64,000 nt of DNA from Eledone cirrhosa (lineage: Eukaryota), in the NCBI GenBank assembly GCA_964016885.1, contig OZ024743.1:194122001-194186000 (forward strand), written 5' to 3'. Shown in pieces: positions 1 through 13,290 of the stretch (positions within the stretch are counted from its first letter, which is position 1; each line of letters opens with the position of its first letter). Position numbers and translations under genes: made by a program. The notes beneath the pieces were generated by a model. That model had not been told where the DNA came from. It searched no databases and worked only from the letters and a program-made list of their open reading frames with translations.

Positions 1-156
1 TGTCCAGTGCATTACTGGTACTTTATTTTATCGACCTCGTAAGGATGAAAAGTAAAGTCAACCTTGGCGGTATTTGAACTCAGACCCTAACGGGCCGTAA
101 CATTATGCTGCAAAGCATGGCGTCCGTCCCTCTACTGATACTGCCAATCGACTGCC
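1..156 (-). mobile_element. tRNA-derived SINE (main family of this window), cut by the window edge
   Basis: The reverse complement reads ...TGGCAGTATCAGTAGAGGG...CTGAGTTCAAATACCGCC...TTCATCCTTACGAGGTCGATAAAATAAAGTACCAGT. This is an A/B-box head plus the conserved core shared with about 20 other copies in the window. Confidence 0.85.
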
Positions 157-1220
157 GAAGAGATGATAATAATAATGACACGAAAGAATAGTTGCTTAAA
201 TTGTCTCCAGTGTTTATCGAATCCAGAAGAAAGAGAGATAAAGAGAGTTTCGCGAGGAGGGATATAGAGACAGAACGTAATGAAATACTCCAGGTCACAT
301 TGACAGGCACTCTACCGATGTAACCATCAACATCTCTATATATATAAAACGGTAGATGTCTGTCTGTGTGTGTGTGTGTATGATTTTTATGCATTTCCAC
401 ATTTCTCTACTGATTTTGATGAATTTTTTTCCAATGTGCTCCAACTTTACCAGGACAGGTCAACGCGTAATTATTTTTGCCAAAAATGTCCTGCTTCTAT
501 GAAAAAAAATCGATAAAACTAAATACATACTGTAACCCTCTCTCTTACAAGCTTCATTCCTCTCACTACTACCATCAAAATATATGAAACTACATAAATG
601 TTGCAACTCTCTTTAAAAGGTTCATCTTTTCCTCTACTCCACTCTCAATCTCCTCTGTAACTCTCTTTAAAAAGTTCATCACTCTCTCTACTCCCGCCTC
701 AATCTCCTCTGCAACTCTCTTTAAAATGTTACTGCCTCCGTCTACTACTCTTTACAGTTTAGAACAACGACAAAGCTTCTTTTGAAGGAACGCGACACAA
801 ACTTTGAAACCTAAGCAACAAACAGCCATAACGACACTCATAAATCAAATATCAAAATTTAAAAAGCCGATAACACTAAATAAATACTGCTCGCTCAACG
901 TTACATTTTACACACTTACATTTTACATCAAATAACAAATATTCAAAATCAACAGATGAATTTATAAAACAACAAACGTAACAATAACGACGCTTAAGCA
1001 TTTATTTACATGATTCTCAACAAAGACACTATATTTTATTGTTGTCCTTTTTGTAATTTTCTTTCTTTGTTTTTCTCAATATGAGACAAAAAATTGAGAA
1101 AACTTTTATCACGGGATTCTATTCAAAGTCGGGACAATTATTGCTTTTGGTCAGGAGAAGGTCATGAAGCAAACAATTTTCAAATCAATCAACAATAAGG
1201 GCAAAAACCGATCACGATCA

Positions 1221-1758
1221 TTCCCCCTCTCTATTATTTAACTGCTTTACTCTATCTGTTGCTCTTCACTCCCTATATGACAACACTGCAGAGAGAGAAA
1301 CAATGTATATGATCAAATGGAGCGTTCCGTATATTCCCCCTCTCTATAATTTAACTGCTTTACTCTCTCTGTCGCTCTTCACTCCCTATATGACAACACT
1401 GCATAGAGAGAAACAATGTATATGATCAAATGGAGCGTTCCGTATATTCCCCCTCTCTATAATTTAACTGCTTTACTCTCTCTGTCGCTCTTCACTCCAT
1501 ATATGACAACACTGCAGAGAGAGAAACAATGTATATGATCAAATGGAGCATTCCGTATATTCCCCCTCTCTATAATTTAACTGCTTTACTCTCTCTGTCG
1601 CTCTTCACTCCCTATATGACAACACTGCAGAGAGAGAAACAATGTATATGATCAAATGGAGCATTCCGTATATTCCCCCTCTCTATAATTTAACTGCTTT
1701 ACTCTCTCTGTCGCTCTTCACTCACTGTATGACAACAGTGCAGTGGAGCGTTCCGTAT
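1221..1758. repeat. 113-bp tandem repeat, about 4.6 copies, inside the Helitron
   Basis: TTCCCCCTCTCTATAATTTAACTGCTTTACTC... recurs at 1221, 1334, 1447, 1560 and 1673, an exact 113-bp period. Confidence 0.95.
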
Positions 1759-1853
1759 TGGCATACGGCTTATCTGGAGCATTTTCAATCGGCTTATTTC
1801 AAATAACAACCCGCAAAATAACACTTCATATAACATATTAATGCTATAGACAT

Positions 1854-1945
1854 ATGAATCGGAATGTAACCCGTGAACTTTTTCCTGGGCAAAATTATTC
1901 GAACAGACATGACGTCATTACCAGAGTGTTCAGACTGAAACTGGC
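1854..1945 (+). pseudogene. Helitron Rep domain fragment
   Basis: ELFPGQNYSNRHDVITRVFRLKL resembles the Helitron Rep segment 'EL.PGQ...DRPD...RVF..K'. The rest of ORF 1854..2186 does not continue the similarity. Confidence 0.65.
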
Positions 1946-3035
1946 TAATCTCCCATGGCCAACTTTATGTTGCCTGTTCCCGCGTAGGGAGCAGGAATGG
2001 ACTTTTTGCTTACACTACTCAAGGGATGACATGCAATATCGTCTACAAAGAGGTGCTATAGATGTTGGTGCAGGTGTTGCAGGTGTTGGAGCTATGCCGT
2101 CTGGAAAACTGGTAGGGTCACCCATAGCGGACAGATCTGACACCCAGCGGCATCAGGGCCACCATCTTGCAACTTTGGTCTACTAAATTCGCTATTGGAA
2201 GATTATTAACCCATCATTGATTGTCCAAAATGCTAATTGGTTCGTAACTATTAATAACCGGTTCAACTGCTTTGTGCACTTAATTGATAAGCTTATGCGC
2301 TTCCAAGCTACGTTTACCTGTCTGTAACTTTTCATAGCAAATGAACAAACCCGAGCAACGCCGGGCTAAACTGCTAGTGTTTATATATACTATCTGTTGA
2401 TCACATTGATATACATAAAATATACTTATTGTATTTAATAGGCTGAAGCTTTTGAACATATTCTCGTACAAGTCCATTTGGTTATGGATTCATGCATTTG
2501 AAAATAGCAATAGATAAAGCCTTAAAGCAAATAACTATCGGTAAAGTATTTTTTTTTTTGTTATAGCAATGGACAATTCTTCAATGTATTGTATAGCGAA
2601 CATATTTTTATATATCACATTTTCTTCAGAGAATCAATAGAGTAAAGATATTTGTATGAAGACTTTGTAGCTACGTGGAATGTATTTGAGATGATTATTA
2701 TAAAACTTTCAGATTTTAAGGGAATAACTTAAAGCCTGCCAGGATTAGCATTATCACGATTATAAATTCCTGTACACGTTTATATAGTTGAATATGCAGA
2801 CAGAAAATGTCGATACATGCTAAATATATGCAGGTTTTACAACATTGTCATACATGCAGGCTGTGAGAAATACATTAAACTGTAGTTCAGCTGGAAAAAT
2901 CTGCTGGGCGATGTTACCTTCTGGTAAATTTGGTTCTGGGATGAATGTATAGAGTTTCTTGTATCTATATTTAGAGGTATAGCAGTTTTTATCTTATTTA
3001 AAGCACTATTACTTTAGCCAAAGTATGTTACCTTA

Positions 3036-3310
3036 GGGGCAGCGAATTGGCAGAGTCGTTAGAACGTCGGATAGAATGCTTTGCGGAATTCCTTGCACCT
3101 CTCTGATTTGTGAGTTCAAAATTCGCCAGGTTCAACTTTGTATTTCATTATTTTGAGGTCGATAAAAGAAGTACCAGTCCAGTACAGAAGTTCGATTCTA
3201 CCTCTTTATCTTATTCGTACTTCCTCTTCTTTCTCCTTCAGACTTGGACAAAGGAGGGCTCCACCAGGTTTTAGATATGCAAGACACGCCGTATATCACT
3301 GCGTATGTTT
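3036..3310 (+). mobile_element. tRNA-derived SINE, long-tail variant
   Basis: Head TTGGCAGAGTCGTTAGAACG, B box GAGTTCAAA and core GAGGTCGATAAAAGAAGTACCAGT. The 3' tail (…GGCTCCACCAGGTTTTAG…CCGTAT) is shared with the minus-strand copies at about 6.9-7.2 kb and 48.6-48.9 kb. Confidence 0.75.
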
Positions 3311-3981
3311 TAAAATAAATAAATGTTTTAAGAAATTGGCAGCCAACATTTCCCAAGGAAATTAGTAGCCAATATATGTTAAGATTTCTGTCGCGTTTAC
3401 TGAAACAAATATGGATAAGATTTCCCAAAGGAGACGAAATCAACCAAGAGCTGAAAATTGTGTCACACTTTTCACAGTAATTTCTTTGACAATATAAGAG
3501 TGTATAATCCACAGCAATATCCTAAAGTATGGCTGTTACAGAGATTACCAAACATAGCCAGCATGAAAATAGTTTGTCATGTGTAACACAGCTCGTATTT
3601 TTCGACAACAACTTGTCAGAATCACAAACTTAAGACCGGCTGTAAGTATACATTGGAATTTCTAAATCATTTAACAAGATTATGCCTAAAGACGCCACCT
3701 GAAAACGAGGAATGAAAAAAAAAGCAAAATAATTGCATACGAACTTGGTTTATCTTCAAAAATAAATTGGTTTTAAGATCGTAAACAAATAATTAGTTTT
3801 TATTCCACATGTTTAGTTTGTTTAGGATCAACTACATAGTTTATACCTCCAAAGACTTACTACCTAATGTCCTTATAGGAGTGGATATCGACTGTCGCAT
3901 TGAGTTAATCAACAATTTAAGATCACCTGAGGCAATTACACCCTAATGAAAAGTTGTCTGTTTTCATTGGTATATCAGATC

Positions 3982-4197
3982 GATGGATTGACAAAGTTGT
4001 TAGAGCGTCAGAAAAAATGCTTAGCAGCATATATTTATGGCACTTTGCATTCTGAGTTCATATCCCGTTGAGTGCAACTTTGTCTTTCATTTTTCCGAGG
4101 CCGATAAAATAAAGTACGAGGCACGTACTGGCTCCAATGTAAACGACATTTCGATCCCCCTACACAAATTGTTGACCTTATGCTTATATTAGAAATC
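3982..4197 (+). mobile_element. tRNA-derived SINE
   Basis: Contains CTGAGTTCATATCCCG and a degenerate core CCGAGGCCGATAAAATAAAGTAC, and ends in the family tail TTAGAAA. Confidence 0.75.
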
Positions 4198-4492
4198 TTT
4201 CTAGCTGGCACATGAATCTAATATGCACTTCTGATTAACTTGTCTCACCTCCTCCCGTACATGTATCCATATGTGTGTTATCTAGAAGATTATATATAAA
4301 TATATAAATATAGGTAATGTTATCTAGAATTTTAAATTTAGAGAAAAATTCCATAGAAATTATACAGAAAATCTTCAATATATGTTATAATTATTGAAAA
4401 CAAAATTTTCAAATTTTCTTAAGATAAAATCACTAAGAAAGAACAAAAGATATTTTTGCCTGATTTAGTTCAACATTTCTATATATATTTTT

Positions 4493-5312
4493 ACAAATGA
4501 ACATATGATAGGGATAAATACTGATACAAGTATACATGTGTTTGCATTGCAAATGACCAACTTAGCTAGATTGAAAAAATACTAATTAAAATAACACGGT
4601 TTGCCTGTCTCGATTTAAAATAATAAATCAATAAAAACAAACCTATATTGGCAATAACTGTGATTTTAAATTTTAATTGCAATGCAAACACATGTATACT
4701 TGTATCAGTGTTTATCCCTATCATATATTCATTTGTATTACACGGTTCAGAAATATTCCTTTCTTTGAGCTATTTAATTGTAAAAGACTATTTGAGTTTA
4801 TAACTCTATATATAATATTCTCGGCTCCATACGTGAGCTAATTTTTAGTCCCATAAAACCGGCTGCTATTTTTAGCGGCACGTGTATGAGACAAGCTAGG
4901 CGCTGTGACACATGTGCGTTCAACAACACATTTCTCTCAGTCTTCTTAAGTATTTTGAAGTGAAACTTACCAATTTCTGGATACCCGCCGAAGAGCACAT
5001 GAATAGGAACTTTCACTTAATTGTTGCGAAACAAATTTAAAATTTAAAATTTGTCCAGGTATCACGGTTATTGCCAATATAGGTTTGTTTTTATTGATTT
5101 ATTATTTTAAATCGAGACAGGCAAACCGTATTATTTTAATTAGTATTTTTCAACTAGCTAACTTGGTCATTTGCAATGCAAACACATGTATACTTGTATC
5201 AGTGTTTATCCCTATCATATATTCATTTGTATTACACGGCTCAGAAATATTCCTTTCTTTGAGCTATTTAATTTTAAAAGACTATTTGAGTTTATAACTC
5301 TATATATAATAT
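4493..5312. repeat. Local inverted plus direct duplication mosaic
   Basis: 4493-4664 is the reverse complement of 5061-5231. 4677-4818 is a direct copy of 5171-5312. Confidence 0.85.
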
Positions 5313-5351
5313 ATATATTTTTATATGAATATCTATTTCCTATGATTGTGA

Positions 5352-5500
5352 AGGCGCGTGGCTTAGTGTCTAGAGGTTAAGATTTTCGGCGTACGATTGC
5401 AAGGTCGATCGTTCGATTCCCCGCAGCGTGTTATGTCCTTCAGCAAGACACTATATTTCCTGTTCCTCTAGTTCACCCAACTACAAAAAATGAGTTGTAC
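5352..5500 (+). mobile_element. Second tRNA-derived SINE family
   Basis: GGCGCGTGGCTTAGTG (A box) and GTTCGATTCCC (B box), followed by GTGTTATGTCCTTCAGCAAGACACT, a different central domain from the main family. Confidence 0.65.
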
Positions 5501-5699
5501 TTCAAATGACTAGCTTTGTCACGTCGAAACTCCTTTATCGCTCAGCCACTTGCTTTCACGTTAATTTCACGAGCAAGCTGTTTCGTTGGTCATACAAAAG
5601 TATCACTTGCTGTCGGAACCGATGGAGTGTTTAACACACACACACACCTTTTCTCATATGTATTTAAACTGGAGGTAATCTGTAGGTCATTATTTAACA

Positions 5700-8100
5700 A
5701 GGATTAGTATCGGTAAAGCGTCGTATACCATGCTTTGTTATGGCCCTTTACGATCTGAGTTGAAATCTCGCCGAGGTTAGCTTTGCTTTTCATCCTCACG
5801 TGGTCGATAAAATAAAGTACCAGTAACTGACTGGATCGATTTAATCGACATGTCCCCCTTCCCTCAAATTATTGGTTTTGTGCCAAATGTAGAAACTATT
5901 ATTTAACATTGGTTTTAAAACATTATTTCAGCACTCATTAGAAATAATTCACTAAGAATAATGAAGTACGCACACACACACGCCCCCCCCCCCCACACTT
6001 CTATTAGAATGGCCTCGTCTACGTAAAAGTGCAAAACTGATCCAACTGGCCGCACTGAATGCAAATATTTTGATTTGTGATTAAAAATTAGCTTAACGGG
6101 ATTTAACGTAAAATAATTTTTTAAATGGCAAAATCAACGCATTATTTCAATTAAATATTAATTAAATAAGGGCGGTGGATTGGCAGTATCGGTAGAGGGT
6201 CGGACGCCATGCATCGACACATTGAGTTACGGCCCTTGCCATTCTGAGTTCAAATCCCGCCGAGGTTAACTTTGCCTTTCATCCTTACGAGGTCGATCAA
6301 ATAAAGTACCAGTAATACACTGGGTAATTGCTGGCCTTGTGCCTAAAGTAGAAACAATTATTTCAATTAAATATAATTAATTTAATTATAGCGATAAAAG
6401 TGGCTGGAAATATACTGCAAATATTAACCATGCTGATGATCAGATTTCAATTCTTTCTGAAATGTGGTTTTACTTTCCTTGACAAAAATACAAATAACAA
6501 TTATTTCAAACACAGGCGAAAGGCCGTGAACTTTTTTGGGGGGAGAGGAAAATCGATTAAAGTAACTCCGGTACATGATTAGTACTTTATTTCATCGACC
6601 CCGGAAGGATGAACGGTGATGTTGGCCTTGGCAGGATTTGAACTCAGGAGGTAAAGAGACATAACCAAACATTCGGAAAGAATTTTGTCCGTAATTTAAC
6701 GATTCTTCCAAATCACAATTTTTTAATACAAATAACATAATAAACCTGCCCATTCACTAAATGAAGCATAATGACTGTGTGTCCTTCATGTCATTTCATC
6801 CGATGTTCTAATAACTCTGCCAATTCACCGCCTATTACATTAGCTTTAATAAAGCAACATTGTTTAGTAGAAGATGTGGCACATCAAATATATTTGCGAA
6901 CTTATACTCATGCATGGTCCTGTAACACCTTTGGAGTCGTAGCGGCGCCGTATTTACATACGGCGTTCCTAGGGTTTTTAAAACCTGGCGTAGCCCATCT
7001 CTACCCCCATGTCTGAATACAGCAGATTTCTTCCTGAGAATGGAAGTGAGAAGGAGATACAGAGGAAGAATCGACTCCAATACTTGACTGGTACTAATTT
7101 ATCGACCTCGAATGGATAAAAGGCAAAGTTGATTTCGGTAGAATTTGTACTCAGAGAGCTTTTCTGACGACTCTGCCAATTCGCCGACTTATAATGACTA
7201 TATAGGAAACTATTATTATAGCAATGAACAGGGCGGTGAATTGGCAGAATCGTTATAGCATTAAACGAATGCTTAACGTTATGTGATACGGCTTTTTATG
7301 TTATGATTTGAAATATCGGCAATGTTATCTTTGCCTTTTCTCCCCCCGGGACTTATAAAAAGTACCAGTTAAGTACTGGGGTCAATATAATCGACTTTCC
7401 CATTCCCTTTAAATTACTGGTCTTATGCCATAACTAGAAACAATTATATTCATGAAATGGGCGGTAATTTACAGAACCGTCATAACGTAGGATAAATGCT
7501 TAGTATCTTGTTACAACCATTTGTTTTAAGACTTGAAATACCGCCGAGGTTAATCTTGCTTTTCATCCTTCCGGAGTCGATTAAATATGGTACAAATCAA
7601 GGACAGGGTCGAATCAACCGACTTTTCCCTCCCCCAAATTGCTGGTCTTGTGTCTATGCTAGAAACAATTATTATATCAACGAAAGGTTTGCTGGATGGT
7701 AGGTTGGTAGAAAGCTGGGGAAAAGATCTTTCTGGCTTATGATTATAATCCCTTATATTCTGGGGTCAAATCTCGAAGCGCACAACTTTTAATACCACAT
7801 ACACCGTAATGAATTATGACACTGAACCATATTTTGTGGCATGTGCCTCTCTTAAAATTATTGTTTAACAATAACATAGAGCGGTGGATTGGCAGAATCG
7901 TTAGAGCTTCGGAGAAAATGCTTAGTGGCATTTAGTTATGTTTCTTTCTACGTTTTGCGTTCAAATCCGGCCGGTGTCAATTGTACCTTTCATCATTCCG
8001 GGGTCAAAAACATAAAATACCAGTCACGTTCAGGGTTCAATATAAACAAATTTTCCATCCCCTCAAAGCTACTGGCCTTATTCTTAAATTAGAAATCATT
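5700..8100. mobile_element. Dense cluster of about 7-8 SINE copies in both orientations
   Basis: Plus-strand copies at about 5700-5900, 6168-6360 (A box 6181-6192, B box GAGTTCAAATCC 6246-6257), 7230-7446, 7458-7672 and 7878-8100. Minus-strand copies at about 6510-6716 and 6900-7190. Confidence 0.85.
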
Positions 8101-8693
8101 ATAACAATGAAATGATTGTTACAATTTCGCGTGAGAAGAGAACCACAAAAGAGGATTGTTACATTTGTCCCTTCTTTTCTCGCTAATTCGAATCCCTTCA
8201 AATCATGTTGTGTTTTTCAGCACTTTATTGGTGCTGTTTAAACAATTTATACATGAAAAAAATATGGAATATGTTTATTCCAACACACCATGTATAGACT
8301 CCAGAAACAATAGAGGCAATGTACCTGATTTATTCGATTATATATATATATATCTTCACAATCTCTTTTTTTAAGTTTAGATTTTAAAGTTTTAAGATAA
8401 AACATTACAGTGGACAGGGTAGTTCAATGGTAAAGTGGTCGGCCCATGGCCGCAAATCGCGAGATTGTACCTCGATCCCGGCAGTTACTCGGTGATGGAG
8501 GTAGCACAGAGACAACATGCGTCTGATTGGTAGGAGCACTCAGAAACAACTGCGTAATCTGGGTTGACTGTGGGTCGTTTCCGGTTAAGTTTGGCGCCAA
8601 ACGCGAGCTTTGGTGTACAGACGACATCCTGGGAAAAATGTTCGGTTGTCAGAGCTTTTCGGTTTTCGGAATTTCGCAAAAAATATTGTGAAC

Positions 8694-8730
<37 letters not shown>

Positions 8731-8930
8731 CATACATACATACACGTACACACACAAATATATATATATATATATGTGTGTGTATAAGTGGGGAACAGCA
8801 CTTCTGTATGCGTGTTATATTAAAAAAAATGACTGTGCTCAAGTTTTATTTCTTTCATTAAGGAATTATCGTGTTTTTTAGTCTATTTTATATATATTAT
8901 ACACACATGCCTCTCCTCTATCTCTTTTTC

Positions 8931-8968
<38 letters not shown>

Positions 8969-10233
8969 ATATATATATATATGTCCCCCTGAACATGCCC
9001 CCCCCCCCACAATAATTATATTTTTCTCCACAAACTACCAAATCACACATCTGTTTGTATATAATATATATTATATGTACATATATATAAAAGTAAAAGA
9101 AGCTAATGAAATTAATATAGCCCGAGAGTAAAGTAGAAGGACATTCACAGAAGTTGCCGCGCAGAATTGCTGAACCCGAAACCACGTGGTTGGTGTAAAT
9201 CAAAAGATGAATATACCCCTTTAACATCAAAGAAACATTAATCTCCATAATAAAAAAAGAAAATGGTATTCTTTGTCCAGTCAATGTGTGATCGAAATGC
9301 TTCCTGTTCAGGGTTTGATGTTATTTCTCATAAATGCTACTGGCAGATATATAGCCATTAGAGAAGCTACACTCCATGGCTGAAATATATATGAAAAAAC
9401 ACATAAATAAATATGCCAACTTGTGTATTCGTTTCGTTTCAGTTAGTGTGGTAGAATAATGCCTTTATCATCCGATGTTTAATATGTATATAACGAAATA
9501 TGTACTCTGTGTTCCGATCAAAACGCTTTTTCGACTACTTCCTCGAATACTTCTGTATTCAATTGTAAATGCAAAGCGTTGACATTTATATTCACTGACT
9601 AATATTCTTATTTATTAGGGGTAATAATTAATGTTAGAATTAGAATATGTGCGAATAATCAGCCAATTAGCAAAGAGTAACTGCTTTTCCGTTTTTACAT
9701 CGCTGTGTTTAGGAAAATATAACACGTTACCTTCATTGTTTTTTTTTTATTTCTATTTTGCAAAATACCGATTTCCTTCGGGTAAAGATCACTTTTATTA
9801 AACGATCGTTTGGCGATTTCTCGCCAACTTTGATCTTTATTTTGACTTTTGTAAATTTGGATGATTTTCAACAACACCAGCTTTTGTTAATATGATAATT
9901 GAACTGTGGCATAAATACCTTTCGTATAAGTACTCAGTAAAAATCATTGATTATATTGGCAGTAAGTGAAATGTATCGACCAAATAGTTGATCGTTCATA
10001 TAATTGCTTTTGGGACTGACATAGCAGAAACAAGTTATGTGTTGGCAACGGATACTAGGAATTTAAATTTTGCAATCTGCACCAAACCTTCAAAGAATTG
10101 GGTTTTTTAAAATCTTTTAACTGAAATAACCATAAAATACGAAGCTTTTCGAATAAGCCAGAAACTACTTAAATCTTTGAGGTTATATATATATATATAT
10201 ATGTCCTTGTGTTTATGTTTCTCTTATGTTTTC

Positions 10234-10286
<53 letters not shown>

Positions 10287-10295
10287 GTGTGAGTA

Positions 10296-10408
<113 letters not shown>

Positions 10409-10553
10409 TTATATAGAAAAGGCTTATACAGGACTATTACTGTTTCATTCGTATGAAATCATCAGGATTATGGTTACCACTGACTTGACTCGGGACCTAC
10501 TTATCACACATACATATACATATTATTTATCTATTTATCTACCTCTCTCCCCC

Positions 10554-10606
<53 letters not shown>

Positions 10607-10609
10607 TAC

Positions 10610-10683
<74 letters not shown>

Positions 10684-10687
<4 letters not shown>

Positions 10688-10917
10688 CAAGGTTTAGCAA
10701 ATAGAGAAAAAGTTTTAAAATGAATATTAAAAAGTTTACTGTACTTACTATATTTACCCTTACCGCGCGGTTTCAAGTCTCAAAATAAATGGATAATCCA
10801 TGCGGAACAACATTGAGAAGGAGACTTTCGTTAGAGGGTTCTTCTCACTCGGAGAATATAACATTCCCGAGTTCAAATCACGAACTGGCGCCATACAGAA
10901 CTGTTCCCGGATGAGAG

Positions 10918-10918
<1 letters not shown>
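10684..10918 (-). mobile_element. Solo PLE-type terminal repeat in (TA)n with a decayed hammerhead
   Basis: Homologous to 55868-56100 and bounded by (TA)n. The minus strand reads cct-CTAACGA-aagtctc...gagactt-GAAAC-cgcgcg-GTA-agg, with a G5A core mutation. Confidence 0.65.
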
Positions 10919-10948
<30 letters not shown>

Positions 10949-11303
10949 AATAGTATAGTGAATTTCGTATAAAAAATATGTCCAAATTCGGCAGAGCTCT
11001 CAGAAGATTACGCACCCACATTAAGATCTCGGTTTCCCTCTTATATACAAGATTGTTTTCTCTTTCAGACTCATATTTTCCGAAAGAAAAATTACTTACT
11101 TGTTTTGACCTTCTTTACAGATCTGCGGGAAAATAAAATTGATGACTTGTCAGAGAAAGTTACAATGGAAAAAAGCAATCTGTACTTTTAAATTTTCTCA
11201 TTGATCTGAAAGGATATGATAGCCCTAATATATCTTAAGCATGTGTCTGTAAAACAAATGTTGCATTCGGATTGACGTTCAATTATATAAAATAAAAACA
11301 AAA

Positions 11304-11385
<82 letters not shown>

Positions 11386-12848
11386 ACTTTTTCTACTGAA
11401 ACCGACGAGGAGAAAGTTATCGAAGCTCGGAGATATCATTAATCACTTGATCCTAAGTTTTATTCCGCTTGCTCTCAAATCTAAGACGTAGCATTCTGTG
11501 CCCTTCTTTGTTGCTGACACTAATAACAAATCGAATTAAACTTGATGTAGAACAGTGGATCTTCGTTCAGCTTTCTAAGAAAAAGAATTTAGTGAGTAAT
11601 TTTATTGTTGTGGTCTTTAGTTCTTCATTTGTACTAAAACCTCGTAAGGAGTGTTCAACTAAAAGAAATATACATTTAAAAATATATATATAAAAATGAA
11701 TCAATTGTACAAAACACGGATTGAATTTTTTATAAATCCTACGGCTCCTACTCCAAATATATTGTCTGTTAAAAGTATAAAGTGTTTTCTTAGTAACCTA
11801 TCTGTAATTATCAATGTAAAGAAAAATAGTTTACAAAATGGAAGTAAGTTGAACACCTGAAAAATATAAATAGGAAGAGGGTGGATATGAAATAATGTAT
11901 TACAGCGTTACGTTTTTTTATTCTATTTCATACAGGTAGATCTAACAGTTTTCTATAGTTTCTATCGTAGTTGTTTTCCTATTGTCATTTTCCTTTTTTA
12001 TTCAATCTGGTTGTTCGTTGTATTAACCTAGAGAAAATAATGCATAGATAAATCGTGACATAGAAAAACACTTCTCGAAAGAAAGCTGTTATTAAATCAA
12101 AGGACGAGAGCGATATCATGAAGACATTGTATATTCACTAGTGAAGTTTATAGAGATTTTTTTTTAGACTGAAAAATATATTTTTATTTTAGTTTTAACG
12201 CTGACAGTTTATAGTTTTTGTTTGTTTTATGATCTGTCTCTCTGGTTCCGACACCTTTCAAATCTGACGTTTTGCAGCTAGAGCTATTTTTATGAGTTGT
12301 TAGCTCCTTTTGAAAGGATTACTATTCACTTCCAACCTGTTGTGGTATGGATTATTTATTATCTACAACCAAAGCGTAAACTAGATACTACCCTACATAA
12401 CTATTGAAATATAGCAACAGAAAGTTGCTGCTGTTATTCTGGTGGGAACTAAAGTTTCAAATACTGTAAAATCATAGATTTATTAGAACATGTTTCAATC
12501 TAAAATTATATCTGAAATGTTCTGATTCTACTCTTTGCATTGGTCTAAGAAAATAATAAAAATTGTTAATATTTTTGTGTATTTATACAGTTATGCAAAC
12601 AATGTACGTAAACTAATATAAGCACTATTATACACATGTATAAAATAGAAATATGTATATTTGTGATATATATATGATAAGGTTAATGTTTGTTTACGTA
12701 CGCCTAGGACAGTGTTTCAATCTGAAAGAAGTATAAAGACAAACACTCATTCACACCCACTAGTACACACACATATATGCACACACACACACACACACAC
12801 ACCCACACACACACACGCACACCCACCCACACCCACACACCCACACCC

Positions 12849-12915
<67 letters not shown>

Positions 12916-12959
12916 TATATCCATAGCTGTACAAAAATGTGAGGATATTCGATGATGTT

Positions 12960-13290
12960 TATCTGATGATGAGAAGTTCCTTGTTTCATTTCCCACCTTT
13001 TACTGTCTCCCAGCACTGCATATTTTCCCCGTTGTCGTCGTTTCTGTTTACTGCCTGCCTTGTCCCCTTTTCGTTGCCCCTTCTAAACGTTAATACAGAG
13101 GCCTTTGGTTCTTTATTCTTTATACTAAATAATTCCATACGATGTTCTTTAAGGCAGGTTATCCTAACCGTCACCTTTCCTCTTGACGCACCTTCTATTT
13201 CTGAACTCCTAAATTCTTTATTCCTGTAATGTGACGATCCGGATTTTCCCCCAGTCCATGTTTTACTACATGCCATGGTAATTTCCTCCC
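12960..13290 (-). pseudogene. Degraded 3' end of an RTE-like LINE
   Basis: The minus strand has WHVVKHGLGENPDR-like and RG(R)P-like remnants resembling RTE ORF C-termini. It is frameshifted. Confidence 0.35.

Larger units (their letters stand above)
333..2377 (+). mobile_element. Non-autonomous Helitron
   Basis: The 5' end is A|TCTCTATATATATAAAA. The 3' end has a subterminal hairpin CCCGAGCAACGCCGGG (2350-2365) followed by CTAG|T. The element sits in an AT dinucleotide with no TSD and carries a Rep-like fragment inside. Confidence 0.85.

Noticed and set aside
1221-1758. Regular repeat array as a possible CRISPR
   Set aside because: The units are contiguous 113-mers with no unique spacers, there are no cas genes, and the context is a eukaryotic Helitron.
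6168-6265. tRNA gene
   Set aside because: A and B boxes are present, but there is no complete cloverleaf and the sequence continues into the SINE core. It is a SINE head.
8406-8700. Possible Tc1/pogo MITE
   Set aside because: Only the right end looks TIR-like, and I found no matching left TIR.
10430-10472. Minus-strand CTGATGA-tttcatacgaat-GAAAC-a-GTA hammerhead core
   Set aside because: The core is present but I could not form a convincing stem I, so it is not counted.
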